Both the position numbers and the translations under genes were made by a program. From Eledone cirrhosa (Eukaryota): a stretch of 64,000 nucleotides of DNA. The stretch lies in the NCBI GenBank assembly GCA_964016885.1, contig OZ024761.1, positions 13,888,001 through 13,952,000 of the forward strand, in the 5' to 3' direction. Positions 40,616 to 52,976 of this stretch are shown one piece after another (the stretch's first letter is position 1; each line of letters starts with the position of its first letter). The notes beneath the pieces were generated by a model that saw nothing but the letters and a program-made list of their open reading frames with translations, was not told where the DNA came from and did not search any database.

Positions 40616-40752
40616 CAACGTTTAACGTCCGTGTTCCACGCTTGCATGGGTTTGGACGGGGGTAGTCCCACTTGAGGCAATCACTCTTGCCTCAAGTGGG
40701 ACTACCCCCGTCCAAACCCATGCAAGCGTGGAACACCGACGTTAAACGTTGA
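40616..40752. repeat. Fold-back of an RTE LINE 3' tail (~65-bp arms, 6-nt loop)
   Basis: ...gtcccacttgaggcaa tcactc ttgcctcaagtgggac...; the arms match the RTE tail seen at 36070-36140. Confidence 0.9.
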
Positions 40753-40991
40753 TGATGATATATATATATATAATGTATATATTGTATATATGTAATGTAT
40801 GTATAAATATATATATATATATAATGTATATAATGTACATATGTAATATATATATATAATTGTTTCTACTTTTGGCACAAGGCCAGATATATATATATAA
40901 TGTAGTAAAAGGTAAACAGAAATAACAACTCAATCGGTACAGTATATGGTAGGTATATATTAGGTTAACGCTTGAAATAGCAGGAAGATGG

Positions 40992-41027
40992 TCTTAACGT
41001 TTCGGATGCTAGTCCTTCATCAGAAGA
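40992..41027 (-). ncRNA. Minimal Penelope-type hammerhead; degenerate sister copy at 19837-19872
   Basis: UCUU CUGAUGA A GGA-CUAGCA-UCC GAAA CG UU AAGA, with a palindromic AACGUU. It lies in a ~220-bp repeat shared by 19754-19975 and 40905-41130. Confidence 0.7.
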
Positions 41028-41987
41028 AAGAATGAGAAATAAGATAGATTGAGGGGACGGACGGGTTGGAATTGGAAAAAAATGTCTTTAGATAAAAATA
41101 ATAGGTCCATTCATGTTGACATCTCTTGCAAAACTGTTGGTGCTGGCGTTTTGTGTATGATATATGTATATATATATAATGTATATTTTGTATATGTGAT
41201 GTATATATATAATGTATACAATGTACATATGTAATTATGTAATGTATGTATACAACATCTGATTCCTCTTATTTCTAATTTTTCCCTTAGTTCGTTTATG
41301 CTTTGCCGTTCACTTATATACATATGTAATGTATGTATATAATATATATATATATGTAATGTATGTATATAATATATATATATATGTAATGTATGTATAT
41401 AATATATATATATATGTAATGTATGTATATAATATATATATGTAATATATGTATATATAATATATATAACATACATATGTGTGTAAATGGAGTAGAGAAG
41501 TGGGGGGCGGGTAGGAGGGCGTTACCTGTACTTTGGAAGGTTAAAGGTGAAATGATGTTAGTATAGATGTATGTTATACAGTACATTGCTATTAATGTCA
41601 CTTTCTTTTTTGTTTTTATCTTCCCCCACCCCTCTCTACTCCCTTCTTTCCTCTCCCGTAAAATTATCTTGGCTCTGTAACAACAACTACAACAACAACA
41701 ACATCCATTAGATAAGCTGATAAACTTATTATCTCATTAACTGAATTAATTTAATTGTGTGAAAACCTCCACCCCACTTCATCTCGCTGTCCATAAGATG
41801 ATGATGATGATGATGATGGTGGTTGATGTTGCTCTTTTTGTTGCTGTTGTTGTTGTGGTCGTTGTTGTTGTTGGTCATGCTCTATTTGCTGGGGTCTATT
41901 GTGTAAATACTTTATATCAGGTAAATTGTTTAGTCAAGAGGAAAAGGGGAGGCTACACCCATGACCTTTCATGGGAAGTCATTTTAG

Positions 41988-42350
41988 GACTGGTCAACTT
42001 TGAGACTGTTAACCGTCATCTCTTGACCTCTAGCCACTAGTCAACTTTGACAGTTAACCGTCATCTCTTGACCTCTAGCTATTAGTCTACTTTGACATTC
42101 TTAAGTCATCTCTGGACCTCTAGCTACAAGTCAATTTTGACAGTTAACCGTCATCCCTTGACTTCTAGCTACTAGTCAACTTTGACATTCTTAAGTCATC
42201 TCTTGCCCTCTAGCCACTCGTCAACTTTGACATTCTTAAGTCGTCTAGTGACCTCTAGTCAACTTTGACATACTTAAGTCATCTCTTGACCTCTAGCCAC
42301 TAGTCAACTTTGACACAATTGCTGACCCATCCCTGGTCAGTTTTGACATG
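41988..42350. repeat. Diverged ~42-bp tandem repeat
   Basis: tagtcaactttgaca...gtcatctcttgacctctagc is repeated about 8 times. Confidence 0.85.
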
Positions 42351-42984
42351 GCTGTGGCATTCCTCGTCTCTGGTCACTGGTCAGTTTAGACTTTTAAGTT
42401 ATTTCCGAAACACCAGCTTAATAATTAGTTATATTACTAAATCCCTCCAAATTCTTAATTATTTAAAAAATTATTTCAAAAACATAGGCAGTGGCTTTCA
42501 TTAGAAATATGGTAACAAAAGGTTTAACCTTTTAGCATTTAAACCAGCCATATCCAGCCAGAATTCTTTCATCTCTTTCTGTTCAAACCAGCTGTAACCG
42601 GCCACTCATACCAATGATAAGGTATTGTTCTCAAAATATTAACATCAAAATCTCGTACATTTGATATTATGTGAGATAAAGTGTCTACAGTGAAAACACA
42701 ATAAAGGGTTTACAATTGTTTCTACACAAGGCCAGCAATTACCCCAGTGCATTACTAGTACTTTATTTTATTGACCCCATAGGGATGAAAGGCAAAATTA
42801 ACCTTGGTGGGATTTGGGGTTAACTTTGCCTTTCATCCCTTTATAAAGAGAGAGATATTTATTATTAAATCTCTCCAATTTCTTGATTATTGTAAAAGTT
42901 ATTTGAAAAATATAAGCAGTATCTTTTATTAGAAATACAGCAAAGAAGGGTTAAGTTTTCAGACTAACAAGTTTGAATATTATA

Positions 42985-43260
42985 TCTATATATCTAAAAC
43001 AGAGAATGTCTGTCCGATCACTAAAACTCGAGAACCACCCAACCGATTGTTTTCAAACTTTACATATGTAATACTTATGGTCCTGTGAGTGTTTTGAGCA
43101 AAAGAATTTTCAAATTTTCAATGCATTAGGCGATTTAGCGATCTCTCTCTCTATAGCTCTTAGTCTTTCTCTTTTTAGATAGATACATAGATATAACATT
43201 GTGCCCTTATAATATCTGTCTGTATGTCTGGCTCTCTGCATTGCGACATTATGACGTAGC

Positions 43261-43296
<36 letters not shown>

Positions 43297-43417
43297 GTGT
43301 GTAACGTTTTTCGAAATATTTACTTCTGCATTCACAGATTGATTTTTTTATTTTAGTTTCAGAAGATCTCGTTAAGGGTGAAAGCAGTGATTCTTTGCTT
43401 AAACTTTAATCTGTTAT

Positions 43418-43464
<47 letters not shown>

Positions 43465-43614
43465 ATTATATATTCGTGTACAGATATTTTTGCATACACA
43501 ATAACAAAATATAAACAGAAGTATTTATTTCATGAGGCTCGATAAGGATAAATATATATCAAATATATAAGAACCCTTGAGCAAATCCCGAGCAACGCCG
43601 GGCCATTCTGCTAG
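42985..43614 (+). mobile_element. Non-autonomous Helitron
   Basis: A|TC 5' end (tctatatatctaaaac), 3' hairpin cccgagcaacgccggg, then CTAG|T; no target-site duplication. Confidence 0.82.
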
Positions 43615-43907
43615 TATATATTTAGATTCATAAACGTACACAAGAAGTATCTGTAAAGGTTCGGGCATGGCACTGTCTCTTCTTTTCCTTCTTAGACTAA
43701 ATAATTAACGAAATGGGAAAGAAAAGAAAAGGTGATGTAGTAGGACACCCTGTCATCCCCCTATCTCTAACTCCACCCACATGACCTGTCAATCATCCAA
43801 TATATCTTTGCTCACATCATCTCTGTAGTTGGATCAGGAAGACCGAGAAGTGCTTGTAAAACTTACTGTAAATGTGTGGGTGTATATACATATAGACACA
43901 TACAGGT

Positions 43908-43933
43908 ACACACACAAACACACACTGCCAATG

Positions 43934-43965
<32 letters not shown>

Positions 43966-44129
43966 CAATGCACACACACACACACACACACAAACACACA
44001 CTGCCAATGCACACACACACACAAACACACAAACACACACTGCCAATGCACACACACACACACACACAAACACACAAACACACACTGCCAATGCACACAC
44101 ACACACACACACAAACATACACTGCCAAT

Positions 44130-44169
<40 letters not shown>

Positions 44170-44436
44170 ACTGCCAATGCACACACACACACACACACAC
44201 AAACACACACTGCCAATGCACACACACACACACACACACACACTGCCAATGCACACACACACACACACACAAACACACACTGCCAATGCACACACACACA
44301 CACACACACACACACTGCCAATGCACACACACACACACACACAAACACACACTGCCAATGCACACACACACACAAACACACAAACACACACTGCCAATGC
44401 ACACACACACACACACACAAACACACACTGCCAATG

Positions 44437-44467
<31 letters not shown>

Positions 44468-44551
44468 ACTGCCAATGCACACACACACACACACACAAAC
44501 ACACACTGCCAATGCACACACACACACACACACAAACACACACTGCCAATG

Positions 44552-44582
<31 letters not shown>

Positions 44583-44592
44583 ACTGCCAATG

Positions 44593-44623
<31 letters not shown>

Positions 44624-44694
44624 ACTGCCAATGCACACACACACACACACACAAACACACACTGCCAATGCACACACACACACACACTGCCAAT

Positions 44695-44731
<37 letters not shown>

Positions 44732-44738
44732 GCCAATG

Positions 44739-44769
<31 letters not shown>

Positions 44770-44885
44770 ACTGCCAATGCACACACACACACACACACAC
44801 AAACACACACTGCCAATGCACACACACACACAAACACACACTGCCAATGCACACACACACACACACAAACACACACTGCCAATGC

Positions 44886-44918
<33 letters not shown>

Positions 44919-44924
44919 GCCAAT

Positions 44925-44960
<36 letters not shown>

Positions 44961-44970
44961 ACTGCCAATG

Positions 44971-45001
<31 letters not shown>

Positions 45002-45011
45002 ACTGCCAATG

Positions 45012-45042
<31 letters not shown>

Positions 45043-45078
45043 ACTGCCAATGCACACACACAAACACACACTGCCAAT

Positions 45079-45120
<42 letters not shown>

Positions 45121-45154
45121 ACTGCCAATGCACACACACAAACACACACTGCCA

Positions 45155-45191
<37 letters not shown>

Positions 45192-45195
45192 CAAT

Positions 45196-45235
<40 letters not shown>

Positions 45236-45310
45236 ACTGCCAATGCACACACACAAACACACACTGCCAATGCACACACACACACACACACACAAACACA
45301 CACTGCCAAT

Positions 45311-45370
<60 letters not shown>

Positions 45371-45404
45371 ACTGCCAATGCACACACACAAACACACACT
45401 GCCA

Positions 45405-45447
<43 letters not shown>

Positions 45448-45558
45448 CAATGCACACACACACACACACACACAAACACACACTGCCAATACACACACAC
45501 ACACACAAACACACACTGCCAATGCACACACACACACACAAACACACACTGCCAATGC

Positions 45559-45590
<32 letters not shown>

Positions 45591-45638
45591 ACTGCCAATG
45601 CACACACACACACACACACACAAACACACACTGCCAAT

Positions 45639-45674
<36 letters not shown>

Positions 45675-45763
45675 AAACACACACTGCCAATGCACACACA
45701 CACACACACACAAACACACACTGCCAATGCACACACACACACACACAAACACACACTGCCAAT

Positions 45764-45803
<40 letters not shown>

Positions 45804-45851
45804 ACTGCCAATGCACACACACACACACACACAAACACACACTGCCAATGC

Positions 45852-45883
<32 letters not shown>

Positions 45884-45930
45884 ACTGCCAATGCACACAC
45901 ACACACACACACAAACACACACTGCCAATG

Positions 45931-45961
<31 letters not shown>

Positions 45962-46099
45962 ACTGCCAATGCACACACACACACACACACAAACACACAC
46001 TGCCAATGCACACACACACACACACACAAACACACACTGCCAATGCACACACACACACACACACACAAACACACACTGCCAATGCACACACACACACAC
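43908..46099. repeat. Compound minisatellite CTGCCAATG(CA)nAA(CA)n
   Basis: A fixed 9-mer separated by variable (CA) runs. Confidence 0.96.
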
Positions 46100-47887
46100 A
46101 TATACACATACACATAAGATAGGCATACAGACACACACATATATAAAACACACACACATACATTGACACACACACAGGCACACATACATACAGACACATA
46201 CATACATATATACAGACACATACATTGACACACTCACATACCCTTACAGACACACACATATACATACAAGAACACACACAGACATACATACAGGCGCACA
46301 CACATACATACACACACACACATACATTCAGACACACACATATATACAGGCACATACATGCACATACATACAGACAGACAGACATACAGACATAAGACAT
46401 ACATACAGACATACATACATATGTACACACACATACATACAGACATACATACATATACGCACAAACATACACACATACATACATACATACATACATACAT
46501 ACATACATACATACATACATACATACATACATACATACATACATACATACATACATACATACATACACACATACATACATACACACATACATACACACAT
46601 ACATAGATACAGACATACATACATATACACACATACATACATACAGGCATACATACACACATACATACAGACATACATACATACATATATACACACATAC
46701 ATACATACATACATATATACACACATACATACATACATGCAGGCATACATACATACATACATACATGCAGGCATACATACATATATACACACATACACAC
46801 ATACATATATACACACAGACATACATACATACATACATACATACATACATACATACATACATACATACATACATACAGGCATACATACACACATACACAC
46901 ATACATATATACACACATACATACACACATACACACATACATATATACACACATACATACATACATACATATATCGACACATACATAGATACAGACATAC
47001 ATACATATACACACATACATACATACATACAGGCATACATACACACATACATACAGACATACATACATACATATATACACACATACATACATACATATAT
47101 ACACACATACATACATACATGCAGGCATACAGACATACATACATACATACAGGCATACATACATATATACACACATACACACATACATATATACACACAT
47201 ACATACATACATACATACATATATACACACATACATAGATACAGACATACATACATATACACACATACATACATACATACAGACATACATATATACAGAC
47301 ATACATACATACATATATACACACATACATAGATACAGACATACATATATATACACACATACATACATACATATATACACACATACATAGATACAGACAT
47401 ACATACATATACACACATACATACATACAGGCATACATACACACACGCATACATACATGCAGGCATACATACAGACATACATACATACATATATACACAC
47501 ATACACACATACATATATACACACATACATACATACAGGCATACATACATACATACATACATACATACAGGCATACATACATACATACATACATACATAC
47601 ATACATACATACATACATACATACATACACACATCTCACATATCGAATCTATGAGATTTTGATATTATTTATTTTGGGAACAATACCTTAACATCAGTAT
47701 GAGTGGCCAGTTATGGCCAGTTTAAATGCTAAAGGGTTAAGGGGACACTTGATTGGGGGAATATTTAGTTCCCTAAACACAAATTAATGAAGGAGATTTC
47801 ACATGTTCACAAAACTGAATGTTCATCATTAATGGAAGAACCATCTCATTAACATTCTCTCTCTCTCTCTCTCGCTCTCTCTTTCCT

Positions 47888-47924
<37 letters not shown>

Positions 47925-48572
47925 TTCCTTCTCTCTCTCTCTCTTTCCTTCTTTCTCTCTTTCTCTCTTTTTCTCTCTCCCCGCCTCCTCCTTTATCTCT
48001 CTTCTTCCCAACTCTCAACAGCACAAAACACTACACCACCACCACCAACCACGACAATAACAACCACCACCACCACCACATCAACCACCACCACAATAAC
48101 CACCGCCACCACCACCACCACATCAACCACCACAATAACCACCACCACCACCACATCAACAACCACAATAACCACCACCACCACCACCACCACATCAACC
48201 ACCACAATAACCACCACCACCACATCAACCACCACAACAATTACCACCAGCACCACCACAATAACAACCACCACCACAATAACCACCACCACCACCACCA
48301 CCACATCAACCACCACAACAATAACCACCACCACCACCACCATATCAACCACCACAACAATCACAACCACCACCACATCAGCCACCACCACAATAATCAC
48401 CGCCACCACCACCACCACATCAACCACCACAACAATCACAACCACCACCACCACAACAACCACCACCACAATAATCACCGCCACCACCACCACCACATCA
48501 ACCACCACCACAATAACAACCACCACCACCACCACCACAACCACCACAATAACAACCACAACAACAACAACC
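46100..48572. repeat. (CATA)n-rich tract to 47632, (CT)n at 47855-47980 and (CCA/CAA)n at 48035-48572
   Basis: Directly visible. Confidence 0.92.
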
Positions 48573-48819
48573 ATATGAAACCTCACAATGCCACAGATAA
48601 GGACAGATGTATGTCACATGACTTAATGATATTAACAAGAACTACATTAGAGGTGGGAGGTTAAGGCAGCTGTATGTATGTATGTGTGAGTATGTGTGTA
48701 CATGTGTGTGTACGTGTGTGGATATTTTCATGTAGGTGTATACATCTGAGTATATATATATATATATATAATATATATAAGTATGTATATTTGTGAGTGT
48801 GGATATTTTCATGTAGGTG

Positions 48820-48864
<45 letters not shown>

Positions 48865-49699
48865 CTGTGTGTGTGTATTTGAGCATGCTACGATGGCCAG
48901 GTGGTTAAAGAGTTTGCTTTGTGATCTTTAGTCTTCTGGTTCAATCCCAGGGCATGACATCTTTGGTTGCCTTGTGAGGGAAATTGAGGAGACAGGAGCT
49001 CCAAAACTCCCTAGGATCTGTCTGAGGACACCCCTAAAGATAGATAGAAAGAGAGAGACCAGATGTCAACCTTTTAACATTGAAACCGGCCATATCCAGT
49101 CAGAATTCTCTCACCTTTTTCTTTTCAAACCAGGCATAACCAGCCCTCGTATTGTTCTCAAAATAAATAATATCAAAATCCCATAGATTCGATATTATGT
49201 GAAATAATTGTATGAGATAACGTGTTTACCGTGAAAATACAATAGTATATATAGAGTAATGTAAATGCTAAAAGGTTAAACTGGTCATATCTAGCCAGAA
49301 TTCTCTCACCTCTTCCTGTTCAAAGCAGCTGTAACCAGTCACTCATACTGACGTTAAGGTATTGTTCTCAAAATATGTAATATCAAAATCTCAGATTCGA
49401 TATTATGTGAGATAGTTATGTGAGGTAAAGCTACAAAAATACAATCGTAAATATAGAGTAATGTAGATGCTAAAGGTTTAAAGAACTTGATTGATGAAAT
49501 AGAGAAAATACTTTATTTCAGAGATTGGTCCTCAGCTCAATATAGGAACCACAAAAATTTTTGTACCATCAGATTTTTACTGGGGTACATTCTGCCTATT
49601 TCGCCACTCTCATTACTATGCTTATAAGTACAAAGATGATTGGTACTTTGGAATGGTAACCGTGTTTCAATAAAAGAAGTACAAAGTTTGATAAGATAT

Positions 49700-50181
49700 G
49701 AACACCTTGTTTCCCTGAGCAGGGATTCATTGAAGCTCCAACGTCTGGCAATTGACTTGGTAGACACCCACAAAATTATTAACCATCTTGCCAACAACAA
49801 CCCTGAGCACCTTTTTGAATTCTATGTGTCTAACACACTTGGACATACCTACAAAGTTAGAAAACAGCACAGCTCCCATGACTTTCAGAAACATTTTTTC
49901 ACGCTCAGAGTTGCTGAAGCATGGAACAAACTCCCTGCATCAGTTGTTAGCTGTTGGGACACTGCATCCTTTAAAACCTCCATCCTTCCTGAAATTCACC
50001 AACACTACACCTGATATTCCCCCTCCACAACACGCACGCATGTGTGTGTGTCTGTGTGTCTATCATGACTTGTACACTGTTCATTTTCCTGACATTTGTA
50101 CAGTATTCTATATACTATACATGGACCTTTGATGAGTTGTAGTGCACCTGAGCACTGTACACAATAACTTTCATTATATAA
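49700..50181 (+). mobile_element. CR1-clade LINE 3' end; tail pieces repeated at about 51075-51145 and 51165-51280
   Basis: LQRLAIDL...KII...GHTYK...KHFFTLRVAEAWNKLP resembles the CR1 C-terminal signature (RL..DL..FK...GH..K...FF..RV...WN.LP). Confidence 0.8.
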
Positions 50182-50366
50182 TGGTATTGGCAGTATTGGT
50201 AGAGGGTCGGACGCCATGCTTTCCAGCATAGTTACGTCCCTTTACGGTCTGAGTTCAAATCCCGCCGAGGTTAACTTTGCCTTTCATCCTTTTGGGGGTC
50301 AATAAAATAAAGTACCAGTAATGTACTGGGTAATTGCTGGCTTTGTGCCAAAAGTAGAAACAATTA

Positions 50367-51069
50367 TCTATATATATAAAACTGAGGATGTCTGTCTGTG
50401 TATGTGCGTGTGTGTGTCTGTCTGTGTATGTGCGTGTGTGTGTCTGTCTGTCTGTGTATGTGCGTGTGTGTGTCTGTTTGTGTATGTGCGTGTCTGTATG
50501 TGCGTGTGTGTCTGTGAGTTTGAATCCTTAAAACTCGAAGTACCCAACCAATCTTTTTCAAACTTTACATGTGTATTACTTATGTCTCAGGGAGTGTTAT
50601 GCACAGAAACAAATTCAACTTTTTGACCCCCTAGTGCCCCCACATTAGGTGAAAAACTGCGTTTTTTCAGCTTTTTAGTTTTTTTTTAGGGGTTACGTCA
50701 GACCCACTTACTTGAAATTGTAACTATGTATTAGCCAGTCTCTTCTTCATACCGTGAGCAAAGAAAATCCAACTTTTTCGCATTAGGTGAAAAAAATTTC
50801 ATTACGTCTAGTTGATTTTCCCGAAATTTCAAGGCATATTATGCATATAAAAAAAATTCATTTTCTTGATCCCTTAGGGCCCGCATTAGGTGAAAACCCG
50901 CATGTTTCCTGCTTCATCGAGGAAAATCTTAAAGATTATCCAGCCATCAGAGTATTCGGTTTATTTTCTTTATATATTGTCCAGGCATGCAGTTTTTCCA
51001 CGATTAGGTCTGTTGGCGGCCCGTGTTCCAAAATACCTTATCCCGTGCAACGCCGGGTACCACTGTTAG
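50367..51069 (+). mobile_element. Non-autonomous Helitron related to 42985-43614
   Basis: A|TCtatatatataaaac start, shared aaaactcga...cccaacc...tcaaactttacat block, hairpin cccgtgcaacgccggg and TTAG|T end. Confidence 0.75.
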
Positions 51070-51493
51070 TTCTATATAATATACATGCACCTTTGATGAG
51101 TTGTAGTGCATCTGAGCACTGTACACAATAATTTTAATTATATAATGGTGTGTGGTGTGTGTCTATGTATTTCATGACTAATACATTGTTAACTTTCCTG
51201 ACATTTGTACATTATTCTATGTACTATACATACACCTTTGATGAGTTGTAGTGCACCTGAGCACTGTACACAATAACTTACCAATCTTTTACTGTGGACT
51301 TTAAAATGATATTTGAGCTTTGAGTTATACTTTGTCTCTAAATTGTTGTGTTATCAATTCATCTAAACTACCTTTTATGTGTGTGTGTGTGTGTGTGTCC
51401 ATCCTTAGATTTGTGCACAGCTCCTTAATCTGTGGAAGATAATCCATATTAAATCCCTCTACCTTCTTTACAAGACCAGGATAATACAGACTA

Positions 51494-52006
51494 GTGTTGG
51501 TGGTGATGTTGGCAGTAGTGGTTGTGATGGTGGTGGTGGTGTTGGCAGTAGTGGTTGTGATGGTGGTGGTGGTGTTGGCAGCAGTGGTTGTGATGGTGGT
51601 GGTGGTGTTGTGGTTGTGGTGTCGTTGTTGTTGTTGTGGTGGTGGTGGTGGTGGTGGTTTTGGCAGCAGTGGTTGCGATGGCGGTGGTGTTGGCAGTAGT
51701 GGTTGCGATGGCGGCAGTGTTGTTGTGGTTGTGGTGTCGTTGTTGTTGTTGTGGTGGTGGTGGTGGTGGTGGTGGTGGTTTTGGCAGTGTTGTTGTGATG
51801 GTGGTGTGGGTGTTGGTGGTTGTGGTGTTGGCAGCAGTTTTGTGATGGCAGCTGTGGTGTTGGTGGCAGTGGTTGTGGTGGTGGTGTTGGTGGCTGTGGT
51901 GGATGTGGTGTGTGTGTGTGTGTGTGTGTGTCTGTGTGTGTATGCAATTTGTATGTGCGTGTATATGTATACATGTATGTGTATGCATGTGTCTGTGTAT
52001 GTGTGT
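51494..52006. repeat. (GGT)n/(GT)n low-complexity tract
   Basis: Directly visible. Confidence 0.9.
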
Positions 52007-52330
52007 TTGACCGCCATTGGTTCTGTTTGGTCCAACTAACAGTCTGCTCATGAAATTAATGTGCAAGTGGCTGAGCATTCCACAGACATGTGTAGCACGT
52101 ACCATTAACAGTTTTGGAGAGGTTCTGTATAATACCATACCCATCTTGGATGGGTATAAAACCTTTAACAACAACAAACTATTGAGTAAATAGGGACTTG
52201 ACCCCCGTCAGAGGGTCATCAAACTCATATCATGACCCCCTAATTATATTTCACTTGGTTCCATTTATATTTCTTTCAGTGGATATTGGTCAATTTGTTT
52301 GTTGGGGGATGGAGCACATAGCTAGGATAC

Positions 52331-52580
52331 AGGGTCACAGGCTGACATATTTGGGTCACAGACTGACATCTGGGTCAGAGACTGACATATTTGGATCACA
52401 GGCTGACATATTTAGGTCGCAGGCTGACTTATTTGGGTCACAGGCTGACATTTTTGGGTCGCAGGCTGACATTTGGGTCACAGACTTATTTGGGTCGCAG
52501 GCTGACATATTTGGGTCACTGGCTAACATATTTGGGTCACATGCTGACCTATTTGGGTCACCGAATGATATGTTGGGGTT
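52331..52580. repeat. ~21-bp minisatellite (tttgggtcacaggctgacata)
   Basis: About 11 diverged copies. Confidence 0.88.
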
Positions 52581-52697
52581 ACAAGCAAATATTCTCTGGC
52601 TAATTGACATGCTCCAACTGTCTATCCGCACACACAAACAGGTGTGTATATAAATGTTTGTAAATATCTCTACACACATACATGTATATAGATATGT

Positions 52698-52753
<56 letters not shown>

Positions 52754-52976
52754 TCATCATCATCATTGTTTAATGTCCATCTGTCTAGAGCGGGTAAAAT
52801 TCCTGGTCTCTTCAATGGCTGATAATACCTTACTGGCGCCACTCGAGTAGGGTAATTATTTAACCCATAAACGGGGCCCTAACAGGTACAACTACTCCGG
52901 GCCAGAACAGACCTGGGAGTGATAACAACTAACAGTTAACTCCACATTTCCCCACAGCTCCTGAACTGGAACCTTG

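Noticed and set aside
43817-47639. Very long Cys/Val- and His/Thr-rich ORFs
   Set aside because: These are translations of (CA)n/(TG)n microsatellites, open in most frames.
47819-48664. His/Asn-rich 281-aa ORF
   Set aside because: It is a trinucleotide low-complexity tract with no splice or domain evidence.
48893-48952. tRNA-like sequence with A and B boxes
   Set aside because: No cloverleaf can be formed; it is most likely a decayed SINE head.
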